DNA of 63,048 nt, filler included, from Octopus bimaculoides (lineage: Eukaryota): NCBI RefSeq assembly GCF_001194135.2. It is 5 parts of 4 records of this genome, joined end to end, with 100 filler letters (N's around TTAATTAATTAA, not from the genome) between each part and the next. Parts side by side here need not be neighbours in the genome. Positions count along the whole stretch, not along the records: positions 1 to 17,783 come from NC_069001.1; 4 more parts are not named here. The stretch is one strand, 5' to 3'. Below the pieces are notes generated by a model. The model saw only the letters and a list, made by a program, of their open reading frames with translations. It was not told the origin of the DNA and made no database searches. Within the stretch, counting starts at the first letter, position 1, and every line of letters starts with the position of its first letter. This document shows, piece by piece, positions 1 to 11,898 of this stretch. The translations under genes were made by a program, and so were the position numbers.

Positions 1-56
<56 letters not shown>

Positions 57-57
57 T

Positions 58-622
58 AGGCATGACACTGTGGTAAGAAGTTGGCTTCTTAATCACCTGG
101 TTCCACGTTTAGTCCCATTCCATAGCAGTTTGGGAAATTGTCCTTCTATTATAACCTGAGGCCAACTAAAGCCTTATGAGTGGATTCTTTAGATGGAAAC
201 TAAAAGATGCTCATTGTGTGTGTGGATATATATGTATATATGTATGTGTGTGTATATGTTTATATATATATATATATATATGTGTATTCATATCTTGTGT
301 TTGTGCTATGTAAAAGCACCCATGCAGTGCTACATAAAAGTGCCGGTGTGATGTCATATAAAAGTGATCATGCAGTACCTCGTAGAAGCACTCGTGTGGT
401 ACCACATAAAAGCATCTAGCACACTCTGTAAAGTGGTTGGTGTAAAGATGGGCATCAAGCCATAGAAACCATGCAAGATCAGACTGGAGTCTAGTGCAGC
501 AGCCCCCCCCCCCCCAGGTTACCNNNNNNNNNNGCAGCCCCCCCCCCCCAGGTTACCATCTCTGGTCAAACTGTCCAATCCATGCCAGCATGGACAACAT
601 ATTTTAAATGAGGATGATAATG
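58..622 (+). mobile_element. SINE family B 5' half joined to an RTE-tailed repeat (family C)
   Basis: 58-210 matches the family B head (ctgtggtaag...aaagcc...gatggaaact). After a TA/TG tract come ~21-bp aaaagcac subrepeats and the tail tccaatccatgccagcatggacaac...aaatgaggatgat, also seen at 1509-1742 and 16190-16432. Confidence 0.75.
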
Positions 623-668
623 ATGTTATATGTGTTATATATATATATGATGTTATATATATATGATG

Positions 669-703
<35 letters not shown>

Positions 704-1508
704 AATATATTATAAATTAACTACCAACAAAAATAATTGGTAAGCTAACTTAAAAAATCATCACCTAAATAGCAGAAAAAAACGACAGTGAAGATATGCA
801 GACTCTTCAAGAATCGATCCTTTTGGTAATATTAATAATAATAAAGGAGTTACGACGCAAAAACGTATAAATTCAAAAGAACATATTTATCTTCTTCAAT
901 ATATATTTNNNNNNNNNNNNNNNNNNNNNNNNNNNNNNNNNNNNNNNNNNNNNNNNNNNNNNNNNNNNNNNNNNNNNNNNNNNNNNNNNNNNNNNNNNNN
1001 NNNNNNNNNNNNNNNNNNNNNNNNNNNNNNNNNNNNNNNNNNNNNNNNNNNNNNNNNNNNNNNNNNNNNNNNNNNNNNNNNNNNNNNNNNNNNNNNNNNN
1101 NNNNNNNNNNNNNNNNNNNNNNNNNNNNNNNNNNNNNNNNNNNNNNNNNNNNNNNNNNNNNNNNNNNNNNNNNNNNNNNNNNNNNNNNNNNNNNNNNNNN
1201 NNNNNNNNNNNNNNNNNNNNNNNNNNNNNNNNNNNNNNNNNNNNNNNNNNNNNNNNNNNNNNNNNNNNNNNNNNNNNNNNNNNNNNNNNNNNNNNNNNNN
1301 NNNNNNNNNNNNNNNNNNNNNNNNNNNNNNNNNNNNNNNNNNNNNNNNNNNNNNNNNNNNNNNNNNNNNNNNNNNNNNNNNNNNNNNNNNNNNNNNNNNN
1401 NNNNNNNNNNNNNNNNNNNNNNNNNNNNNNNNNNNNNNNNNNNNNNNNNNNNNNNNNNNNNNNNNNNNNNNNNNNNNNNNNNNNNNNNNNNNNNNNNNNN
1501 NNNNNNNN

Positions 1509-1742
1509 GGCACATAAAAGACACCATTTCGAGCGTGGCCGTTTTCGTGCGGGTGACACGTAAAAGCACCCACTACACTCTCTGAGTGGTTGGCGTTAGG
1601 AAGGGCATCCAGCTGTAGAAACTCTGCCAAATCAGACTGGAGCCTGGTGTTGCCATCCGGTTTCACCAGTCCTCAGTCAAATCGTCCAACCCATGCTAGC
1701 ATGGAAAGCGGACGTTAAACGATGATGATGATGATGATGATG
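1509..1742 (+). mobile_element. Family C repeat: SINE-like with RTE-type 3' end and (GAT)n tail
   Basis: aaaagcacccactacactctctgagtggttggcgttaggaagggcatccagctgtagaa...aacccatgctagcatggaaagcggacgttaaacgatgatgat. Homologous copies at ~300-622 (+), 11395-11560 (-), 16190-16432 (-), 24915-25090 (-), 27295-27460 (-) and 28480-28650 (+). The RTE origin of the tail is inferred. Confidence 0.8.
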
Positions 1743-2089
1743 ATGTATATATGTATATATATGTGTGTGTGTGTATATATATATATATATGTATGCATGT
1801 ATATATATATGTGTGTGTGGTCTTACAGGAAGCTGTATATATACTGTGGTAGAGACAGAGAAGGAAAGAGATTTCCTGCTCAACAGGAGATAATCATTTC
1901 TAAGCATATCCATCCTTTGTCTTCTGTGGAGAAATTTCTTTTTTTTTTTTTTTGAAAGTGTGAAAAGAATGAGAAGAGCATACATCTTATTGCATATAAT
2001 TCTTTTATAAATATTCCTTATTATCATTATAGTAGCCATGTATGATGCAATTTCATCCTTATTTGAAATCCTCAGCATAACACAGCTGG

Positions 2090-2960
2090 AGATTTTCTAG
2101 TAATTTTATCTAATCACTTGTTAAGGTTATCTCTACAGATTTTCCGGAGAAATTATGGCCAGCACTGATTTGTTATTCCGTATAGTATCTGAGACATTTG
2201 GTACAAACAACAATAATGAGATCAAAGATGAATAATATGTAATGGGTGTATATACCGTATTTCAGTAGTTTTTGCTCTTTCATCAGTACCCATCCAACCC
2301 CTTGATCATTTATAAACACATTGCTTAAATACCACTAACTATAGTGGTGTAATGTTATTGGATATACCAACTTTACATATCAAAAACATTCCTGGCAACT
2401 GGTACGTAGATATTAAGAACTTGTAGGGACACTGAATTTCGTTGTGCAAACATAAGATACTACAATAGATTACACACACACACACACACACACACGCATA
2501 CATTAATGAGCTGTAGGGACACTGTATTTCGTTATGCAAACGTAATATATTACAAAGTATATTAAGTCAGTGCTGTGTTAGCAGTGCTATTACATTATTT
2601 GTTAAGGTTATCTCTCTAGATTTTCTATAGAAATTATAGCCAGCACTGATTTTAGTTACAATGTTTTGTATCCGAGATGCCTGACGTAAACAACGACAAT
2701 GAGATCGAAGATGAAAACTGGGTGATGGGTGTATAAGCCATATTCCAGTTTTCTCCTTCATCAACCTCCATCAAACCTATTAACCATCCATGAACTCAGT
2801 GCTTAAATAGCCTCTAAATACCAGGGTGTAACGTTATTGGATATACCAACTTTACGTATTACATACATTCCTGAAAGCTGGTGTGTAAATATTAATGAGC
2901 TGTAAGGACACTGTATTTCATTATGCAGCCATACTACAAAGTGTATTCTATTTAAATTCA
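2090..2960. repeat. Degenerate tandem array, ~350-390 bp unit (copies 1-2)
   Basis: Anchor gttaaggttatctct at 2120 and 2601; anchor g(g)acactg(a/t)atttc at ~2426, ~2516 and ~2906. The same anchors recur at 5506, ~5752 and 5857. Confidence 0.85.
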
Positions 2961-3404
2961 TACATAAACAAAAACTAAAGTTACAGTTAATGATGATCAA
3001 TTTATTATCTCTTCTTATAACAGTGGAAAGAAGTAGGGAAGAGAAGAGAGAGTAAGAGAAAGGGATAAAAACCTGGTATGTGGTTTTGGAATACCTTGCA
3101 CGTTTCATCTTTTTTTTCTGTATACACCCAGCATTAATCTGCCTTCCATAAGGGTCCTTTATGTAGCCATGTTTACTGCTGTTGCTACAGTCCAAGACAA
3201 GTCCTCTTTTATTTTCCTTGGGTGCAAATATGGAATTTCTGGTTGTATATTCTTCTTTGGTTTGTCTGTCATGATGATTAAGAATCATATTCTATTTATG
3301 CCATCTCACTAAGGTACTCCTGCCATTAATTTCAGTGGACTGCATTTTGAATCCAGTCTGTGTCTCCCATGTGGTCCTACAAGAGACAGAGAATGAAAGA
3401 TATA

Positions 3405-3939
3405 CAGCAATACCTCACTTTATGAGGACCCACTTTACGAGACCCTGAGTTTATGAGTTTTATTTTTCAAGCACAAGATACAAATTTTGAATGAAGTGCA
3501 AAAGTTTCTACTACCACAACAAATGTTTTTGCATATTACCGAGAAATTTATAGAGAGCAAAAATATGCTTCTTCTAAGCAAACAACTCTAGACTTGTTTT
3601 TCAAAAGGAACTCTGCAAGTCCATCTATGAGAGCTTGTGAATCAGCAGTCGCGTCTAGAAGTGCGAGTAAAAGTAATTCAGAGAACGATTATAATAATAT
3701 TTTTTACTATAAATGATCTTGGCATCCTTTTAACTTTACATGATATATTTTTTACATTCTATTGTCATTTTATTGCCATTTCTTTTTGAGTATTATAAAT
3801 TTCTAGATAAAATATTTTTCTGGGAAGGAATTACGATTTATAACATTACTATTATGAGAAATTATTGCTCTGTTTTATGAGTTTTCACTTTACAAGCAGT
3901 CTCTGAGAACAAATTAACTTGTAAATTGAGGCATTGCTG
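3405..3939 (+). mobile_element. Tigger/pogo-family internally deleted DNA transposon
   Basis: TA|CAGCAATACCTCACTTTATGAG ... CTTGTAAATTGAGGCATTGCTG|TA terminal inverted repeats with TA duplication. The internal aagcaaacaactctagacttgtttttcaaaagg encodes KQTTLDLFFKR, a Tigger-type transposase C-terminus. Confidence 0.75.
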
Positions 3940-4501
3940 TATATACATGTGTGTGTGTGTGTGTGCATTTGTCTCTTATGACTGCTTGACAATTAGTGTT
4001 GGTTTGTTTATATCTAAGTAACTTAGATGTTCAGCAGAAGATACTGATAGAATAAGTACCAAGCTTACGGTGGTCAATTCATTCAATTAAATTTTTCTAG
4101 GTGGTGCTCCGACATGGCCACAGTCTATTGATTGGAACAAGTAAAAGATAGAAGGTATACACTTTCTGTTTGCTTCATCTTTGACAAAACTGTAGGATAA
4201 TTACAACTAGAGGAAATTCGTTTATTAAAAGTATAGATGACTACACAAGCTATAGTGATATGTATAAGATAGATTTCAGTAAGTGCAAATTCACCAAGAC
4301 ATTACAGGAGTGGTGTTTACACTTCTGCACCCAAACACGTAGACAAGCATATACACACATAGCATACTGATTTTTGCACGAAAGCAAGTAATCAGTGTTG
4401 TGTTGTTTTCATTGATCTTAGCCTATTTTGTCCATGATATTCAATTTATATTTATCAACCACAAAATCTACAAACATCCAATGATTCATTTTGACAATAT
4501 A

Positions 4502-5413
4502 TGAGGTGGTATCAAGAAGTTCCTGGACTAATTCTCTAACATACCAACACATGGCAGTACATAGTTGCATGTGCAAGGAGAGCTAGCAGTGACCTTCATG
4601 AGACAGTGTGCCAAGTGACATCACTGTGTTTACTTCACTAGTCATGAAATTTGTGATTTTGGGATCACACGCATGCTGTAGTCTGTGATTTTGTCATGAA
4701 CAGGAACAAAGAACCAACAGGAAATTTTGCGTTAAACTTGAGAAGTCTGCTACAGAGACATTGAACATGCTTCAGCAAGCTTACAACAATGAGGCAATTG
4801 GTTGTACATAATGTTTTGAGTGGTGCGGATGCTTCAAAAGTGGAAGAACTTTCCTGGAAGTCAATGAGTGATCTGGAAGACCTGGCACAAGTGCCAACCC
4901 TGGAAATGTGGTATTGTGCATTGAGTATTCACCTCCAAGGGCCAGACTGGCAATCAAGAGTTCTACTGTGACATTTTGAAGCATTTGAGGGAAAACATTT
5001 TGTGAAAGCAACCAGATCTGTGGAGCATGAAGAATCGGATTCTTCATGATGACAATGCACCCTGTCACTGACCTCTCCTCACTCATCAGTTTCTTGCCAA
5101 AAATAACATGGTATTGCCTCCACACCTGCTCTATTCCCCAGATTTAGCATCTGAAGACTTCCATCTCTTCCTGAAGATAAAAATGCAGCTCAAATTTTAC
5201 CAGTTTAACACCGTTGTCAAGATCCAGAGTGAATTACAGAAGGTCCTCAACTCGCTTATGGAAAACAACATCAAGGCCAGATTTAGAAAGTGGCAGGAAT
5301 GCTGAGTGCACTGTACTGCTGTGCAAGGTACCTATTTCAAAGAAAATGATGTTAAAACTTAAGTTATTTTTTATGAAACCATACTAGTCTGGGAACTTTT
5401 TGATACCACCTTG
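4502..5413 (+). mobile_element. Defective mariner element (DD34D type), internally deleted
   Basis: TIRs tgaggtggtatcaagaagttcctggact / agtctgggaactttttgataccaccttg with TA duplication (4500-4501, 5414-5415). Broken transposase: KLEKSATETLNMLQQAY..EW..FKSGR..SGRP, then LHDDNAPCH and YSPDLASEDFHLF; the first catalytic D region is deleted. Confidence 0.92.
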
Positions 5414-5439
5414 TAGCTTGTTCTATGTAATCCAAGATG

Positions 5440-5900
5440 TATTATCTTAAAGGCTTATAAGTCAATACTATGTTCCACAGTGTTAGTAGTGCCATTGAAT
5501 CACCTGTTAAAGTTATCTCTGCAGATTTTCCATAGAAATTAAAGACAGGACTGAAAGTTATGATGTTTCATGAATCAAAGATAGAAAGATAAGTAATGGG
5601 TGTACATGCATATTTCAGGAGTTCTTGTTCCTTCTTCAGTACCACATCCAACCCATTAACCTTCCACAAATAGTGTAACACAATTGGATTGACCATTTCA
5701 CATATTAAACACATTCCTGGCAACTGGTATGCACATATTAATTGCTTGTAGAGACACTGTATTTCGTTATGCAACCGTAATATACTACAAAATATATTAA
5801 GGCTTTATAAGTCAATACTTTGTCTTACCTGTGTTAGCAGTGCTATTAAATCACATATTAAGGTTACCTCTACAGATTTTTCTATTGAAATTAGATCCAG
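5440..5900. repeat. Degenerate tandem array (copy 3 and start of copy 4), same unit as 2090-2960
   Basis: gttaaagttatctctgcagattttc (5506) and attaaggttacctctacagatttt (5857); shared acattcctggcaactggt and gacactgtatttcgttatgcaa. Confidence 0.85.
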
Positions 5901-6162
5901 TTGCCTCTAATTTCTGTAGGAAATGCATATAGTATCTTTGTGTCTGTGTTTGTACCCTGCCCATCATTTGACAACTGGTGTTAGTTTGTTTACATCCCTG
6001 TAACTTAAAGTCTTGTAAAAGCAAATGATAGAATAAGTACCAAACTTAAAACAAAAAACAAAAGTAGTGAGGCTGATGAGTTTGACCGAAACCCTTCAAG
6101 TCGGTGTCCCAGGATGGCTGCAGTTCAGTTATTGAAACATGTAAAGCATAAAAGACAAAAGA

Positions 6163-6237
<75 letters not shown>

Positions 6238-6238
<1 letters not shown>

Positions 6239-6410
6239 CACAGGCATGGCTGTGTGGTAAGAAGCATGCTTCCCAACTATATGGTTCTGAGTTCAGTCCC
6301 ACTGCATGGCACTTTGGGCAAGTGTCTGCTGCTATAGCATCAAGCCAACCAAAGCCTTGTGAGTGGTTTTGGCAGATGGAAACTGAAAGAAGTCTGTCGT
6401 GTATATATCT
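6238..6410 (+). mobile_element. SINE family B, 5' half
   Basis: ggcacaggcatggctgtgtggtaag...ctgagttcagtcccactgc...ttgggcaagtgtc...gatggaaactgaaagaag, matching the full copies at 26089-26553 and 27611-28037. Confidence 0.8.
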
Positions 6411-6603
6411 AGATGTGTGTGTGTGTGTGTGTATTTGTCTTGATGTGTTGTGATAGGTGTAAGCAAGTGTCGTTGCCATACAGTTGATGGCCATAAAGGG
6501 GAACAAAGGGAAATATGAACTTACCTGGCAACAGGTGAAGATTGGCAGGAAGAAGGACATCCATGTGTGGAAAACCCGCCTCAATGGTAAAACAACACCA
6601 CTG

Positions 6604-7040
6604 TTGATGATGATGACGATGATGATGATAGTGATGGTGATGATGATGATGCTGACAATGGTTATGAGGATGATGGTGACAATGGTGATGATGATGATGA
6701 TAAGGAGGAGGAGGATAAGGATGATGATGATGATTGTGATGGTGATGATGATAATGATGATGATGGGGATGATGGTGGTTGTAGTGATGAGATGATGACA
6801 ATGTTTATGATGNNNNNNNNNNTGTGATGGTGATGATGATAATGATGATGATGGGGATGATGGTGGTTGTAGTGATGAGATGATGACAATGTTTATGATG
6901 ATGATGACGACAACGATGACGATGATGATGATGACGACAACGATGACGATGATGATGACGACGACAACGATGACGATGATGATGATGATGATAGTGAAGA
7001 TGATAGTGATGGTAATGATGAATACGATGACGACCGCTGA
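6604..7040. repeat. Imperfect (GAT/GAC)n trinucleotide microsatellite
   Basis: Long gatgat/gacgac run; it produces the poly-M and poly-H ORFs in the track. Confidence 0.95.
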
Positions 7041-8587
7041 TAGGGCTGTGAGAGCAACCCTTGCTCAATCTCATATTCTAGTAAAAAGAAACAAAATGCC
7101 GAAACGAAGTTATCAAACTGAAGCTACATTTGAAGAACTTTTATGAATTTCAGCAAACCGTTGGAATGCATGACTTAATGAATGAGTGATGGAAAAAGAT
7201 AAAAGATGTCAGATTCTTTTATGATGACCTTGTTCAGTCACTTCAAAGATACTTAAAAGAAAAATGGGTTTAACTCTGTTTCTTAACTAACTGAAAATTT
7301 TCACATACAGTATTGTAACCTTTAACCAAAGTCAAGGTTTTTAAAGAATGGATGCCAGTCTTCATAATAATGTAATATAATTGCATGTGGGAAAAGATTG
7401 CCAAATCTGCTAACTTTCATCTTTTGGCAGAGACACTTTCACATAAAAAATGCAAATGCTCCTATACATACATACATACATATACATATATACATACATA
7501 TACACATGCCTGCAAATATATATGCATATTTACATTCATTCATACATACACACATGCATATACATATGCATACATATATACATACATGCATACATTCATA
7601 CATTTGTACATATACACGTGCATGCATATATACATATACGCATACATACAAACACACATACACAAGCACATATATGCATGTATACAACAAACATACATAC
7701 ATTTACACATACATGGATACATACATGCATGTATACGTATAAACAAACATATATACATACTTACATACGTAGGTGTATGTGTATATATATATATATATAC
7801 TTATTGTACTTATATGTGTTTCTATGCCCCTGTATGTATAGTTGCTTCTTTGATGTTAAGTCTTTGGAAAGAATTGAAATATATTTTTCATTGATAATTT
7901 CATTTTGAAATAGCAAATTGGATTTCTTTCTTTCAACCAATTTCATGCAGAATTGTGTTTTATTTTGTCTCTTTTTGTCTTCTTCTGCTGTTTCTATCAA
8001 TTTTTTTCTATTCTTTTTTTCATTCTTCATTTCTAGAACTCAAAGAACTCCACTTGGTCATTTTTGATGATAAAGCATGTATATTTCCTGCCACTTGTGA
8101 AAAATTAAACATTCATATTCTTCAGCTTATTCTTGTGTCTATCTGAGAACAAGAGAACTTTTTGCCAATTTCGCATGTCCATCTACCTTTAAGCACAAAT
8201 ATTCTACTTGTATCTATATGTACATATGTAGGTATTGGTATACATATATGTATATACACACACACACATATTTACACACATATGTATAGATAGATAGATA
8301 CATACATACATTCATATCTACATATGCATGCATATGTGTGTGTATGTACACATTTATGTATCTATACATGTGTGTATATATGTAGGTATGTATATATATA
8401 TATATATATATATACTTTCCCCTTACATTTCCACGGGTAGTTTCTATTTTGTTTTTTTAACATATTTCTATTATACATATATATATATATATCAATACAT
8501 ATGTCTTTATCTATCAGCCTATTTGTCTGTCTCTCTGTATCTGTCATTCTCCCTCTCTCACTATATATAGATATATATATATATATA

Positions 8588-9325
8588 GTTTCTAATACAA
8601 GCACCAGGGACATACAACTACATGAACTAAAGGATACACTCATTACCAGGAACTACCCATCATCACTAATTGATATAGGTTTTCCCACACACTCAGACAT
8701 ACCAAATTAAAGAAAATTTTACAACCAAAAGCCCTACCATACATCTCCACAAACAACCCTCTTAACAATGAAGCCTTCGACACCATCCTCCAGAACATTC
8801 CACTACTAAAATGGGACCACAGAATGAATTTAATCCTCCAAACACATACCATCATAAAGAGTAAAAGACAACCCAAATCAACAAAAAGTCTAATACAAGC
8901 CCAAGTATGCTCGACAACAACACTGAAGCCATCAGTCAAAAGATGCGGAAGACCTAACTATGGTATATTTGTCAACTTAATTGAGGGATTGGAGTTCTCT
9001 TTCAAACAGGGTCAATGTTTTACAAGGAAAAACAACTTCACATGTGCTTTGGAGAACCTAATATATGTATTAACTTGCTCTGGGTATCAAGAGTAATACA
9101 TAGACCAAACCAAAAACACTCTATGTCAAAGGATGGCTCTACATAGATCCCAGATCAAAATTTGGGAATACAGAAAAATAGAATTCAGTGAACACATCGA
9201 CATTTGCACCACTAACAAACAACCCAGCTTCAGAATTTTTCCCTCTGGAAATTCAGGTACGATGCAACCTGTTGTCAGAGCATTAGTAAAGAGTCATATT
9301 TTATCATAAAATATAAATCCCTTTT
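8588..9325 (+). mobile_element. Penelope-like element (Neptune-type) 3' remnant with GIY-YIG endonuclease
   Basis: Broken reading: LKDTLITRNYPSSLI...LPYISTNNP...IIKSKRQPKS...KRCGRPN...FTCALENLIYVLTCSGYQE*YIDQTKNTLCQRMALHRSQI...FSEHIDIC. This fits the FTC..N(L/V)IY..C..C..YIG.T..L..R...H GIY-YIG pattern. The Neptune assignment is inferred from the upstream Cys-containing segment. Confidence 0.82.
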
Positions 9326-9329
9326 GAAT

Positions 9330-9659
9330 GTGTTATGTTATTTTGTGGGGATTGTCAATGTGTGTGGTCTTCTGGAATGCTTCTCATGAACATTCTGAAC
9401 AGTTCCATCGGCTTCAAGCTTATCTCTAATTCAAGTGATGGTAAGTGGCATTGGTGGATCTGTTTGAAACTCCCTCCTAAACTGTCTTTGCACTTCAACT
9501 GCATTTTCACATTTTTCAATAGCATTTTAGACTAAATTTCTTTTGTTCAAAGCTTAATCTGACCACCATCATTAATTCCAATGGGTTTAATCTGGAAAGA
9601 AAAAAGCATCAATTGAATTATCAGCTGCTAAAGTGTGTATACATATTTGGGGACACCCT
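9330..9659 (-). mobile_element. 5' end fragment of the rosa-type (DD41D) Tc1/mariner family
   Basis: Colinear with 31630-31935 and ends in the TIR aaagtgtgtatacatatttggggacaccctg|ta. Confidence 0.85.
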
Positions 9660-10140
9660 GTATGTAAGTGTATATANNNNNNNNNNNNNNNNNNNNNNNN
9701 NNNNNNNNNNNNNNNNNNNNNNNNNNNNNNNNNNNNNNNNNNNNNNNNNNNNNNNNNNNNNNNNNNNNNNNNNNNNNNNNNNNNNNNNNNNNNNNNNNNN
9801 NNNNNNNNNNNNNNNNNNNNNNNNNNNNNNNNNNNNNNNNNNNNNNNNNNNNNNNNNNNNNNNNNNNNNNNNNNNNNNNNNNNNNNNNNNNNNNNNNNNN
9901 NNNNNNNNNNNNNNNNNNNNNNNNNNNNNNNNNNNNNNNNNNNNNNNNNNNNNNNNNNNNNNNNNNNNNNNNNNNNNNNNNNNNNNNNNNNNNNNNNNNN
10001 NNNNNNNNNNNNNNNNNNNNNNNNNNNNNNNNNNNNNNNNNNNNNNNNNNNNNNNNNNNNNNNNNNNNNNNNNNNNNNNNNNNNNNNNNNNNNNNNNNNN
10101 NNNNNNNNNNNNNNNNNNNNNNNNNNNNNNNNNNNNNNNN

Positions 10141-10280
10141 TTAGTTGAAGAAATCTTTGTAAGCCTAGTACTTATTCTACCGGTCTCTTTTGCCGAATGG
10201 CTAAATTCTGGGAATTTAAACCCACCAACATCGGTTGTCAAGTGATGATGTTGGGGTGGGGACAAACATAGACACAAAAA

Positions 10281-10315
<35 letters not shown>
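10141..10315 (-). mobile_element. SINE family B, 3' portion (cut by a gap)
   Basis: ctagtacttattctaccggtctcttttgccgaa...catcggttgtcaagtgatg...gacaaacatagacac, as in 26089-26553. Confidence 0.8.
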
Positions 10316-10321
<6 letters not shown>

Positions 10322-10522
10322 CAAGTAAAGGTAATAAACCTCATTAAGAGATCATAAATCCAATGAAAATACTGGTTAGTTACCAATCTATAGAAAGATC
10401 AGCTATAAGGTAACCATATAAACCATGGTTCATATATATATATATTTAAAGAATGAGGAGAAAATGGAGAGGTAATTAATAAAATTATCTATTAATTATA
10501 AAAAATGACATCTCTGACAGCT

Positions 10523-10765
10523 GTTCTATATTTGCAAGATGAGGAGTTATGTACATTATTTACATTCGATGGATATTTGTCCTCATCTTGTTTGTTGTTA
10601 ACACATTTCGGCTGATGTACTCTCCAGCCTTCATCAGGTGCCTTAGGGAAGTTTCGAACCTGGGTTCTCATTCCTAAGGTATTTTTCTGATGTTGTTATT
10701 ATGATTATTATTATCATTATTATTATTCAGGTCACTGCCTGCAATTGAACTTAAAATCTCATAGT
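10523..10765 (-). mobile_element. Short repeat carrying a minimal hammerhead-ribozyme motif (family H1)
   Basis: Shares gttctatattt..agatgagga..tcctcatcttgtttgttgttaacac..tttcggctg with 47897-48000. The minus strand reads GGCAC-CTGATGA-A-GGCTG-gagagtacat-CAGCC-GAAA-T-GTGTT. Confidence 0.75.
10600..10642 (-). ncRNA. Degenerate minimal type I hammerhead ribozyme (stem III and cleavage triplet deleted)
   Basis: Intact CUGAUGA core (plus 10631-10637), 5-bp stem II, GAAA, and stem I GGCAC/GUGUU. It lacks the CGU present in the 47.99 kb copy, so it is probably inactive. Confidence 0.65.
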
Positions 10766-11114
10766 TACAAGATAATGCATGAGCAATTCAAAATAATGTG
10801 GATATATAAACATTAGTTTTGACGGAGTAATGTGAATGGTAAAGGCTTAAACCTAATAATTAGGGTCCTTCCTGTTGCAAACACTTACCTGATTTACAAA
10901 AAGTAAAGATTACATTCCACTTGTGGAGTGACCAAACAATTTATTACCTGAGGAATATCCTCACAGGACACCTGTCTGTGGCTTAGTTGGGTGCAACATG
11001 TAAATATTCACATAAACACACACATGCCACATACACACTTACATACATATATACATACATTCCTATATACATATACATACATACATACATCATATATGCA
11101 TATATACATGTACA

Positions 11115-11157
<43 letters not shown>

Positions 11158-11810
11158 TCACATTTATGCATGTGATGGGCTTTGTACAGCTTCCATCATC
11201 TACATTCACTAAAAGAATTCGCAGAAGATATTTGGCAAAGGTGACATGCTGAGGGTTGTGAAGCAAAACAACTTAGTACATGGTTATGCCTGCACCTGTG
11301 TATCATCATCATCGTCATCATTCTCATCATCACCGCCATCGCCGCCGCCGTCATCATCGTCGTCGTCGTCGTCATCATCATCATCATTTAACAGCCCATT
11401 TTCCATGTTAGCACAGGCTGGATAGTTTGACATGAATAGACAAGCCAGAGTACTGCACCAAGTTCTAATGTCTTCTTTGGCATGGTTTCTACAGTCTGTT
11501 GCCCTTCTTAACCCCAATCACTTCACAGAGTGTACTGGGTGCTTCTCATGTGACACTAGCAGTGGTGAGGTCACCAAGTACCCACAAGATAAGAGCACCT
11601 TAATTGAGTGGGTTATGGAAATGAGGGATAAAAAACTAGGATAGAGGGACAGTTGAAGAGGTGAATACATAGCTTGTCCATTAGAAAGGAGAGAGAGAGA
11701 CAGAGAAAGACGGAGAGATTTGAGGTGAAAGTACAAGGTAAATATTGAAGACAGAATATAATGGAAGAGCAGAAAAGGTAGATGTGTAGGTGAGTGTACT
11801 GAGTGAGAAT

Positions 11811-11898
<88 letters not shown>

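Noticed and set aside
497-556. Short direct duplications flanking small gaps (also 6760-6900 and 44210-44410)
   Set aside because: The same sequence appears on both sides of a few Ns, typical of unmerged contig overlaps.
4255-4410. Minus-strand reading ...WVQKCKHHSCNVLVNLHLLKSILYISL* as the missing Ly6 C-terminal exon
   Set aside because: It has C-x4-CN and a hydrophobic tail, but lacks the preceding CC/CxC, and there is no phase-1 acceptor with a pyrimidine tract. Probably chance.
6073-6092. CTGATGAG...GAAAC hammerhead-like string
   Set aside because: It lies in a family B SINE at a position where other copies read ggggt(c/t)gatttg.t.gactaaa, and it has no stem II. A mutational coincidence.
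6129-7908. Poly-His/Met and YI/HT/CV-rich ORFs
   Set aside because: These are translations of (GAT)n, (TA)n, (CA)n and (TACA)n microsatellites, with no splice or codon evidence.
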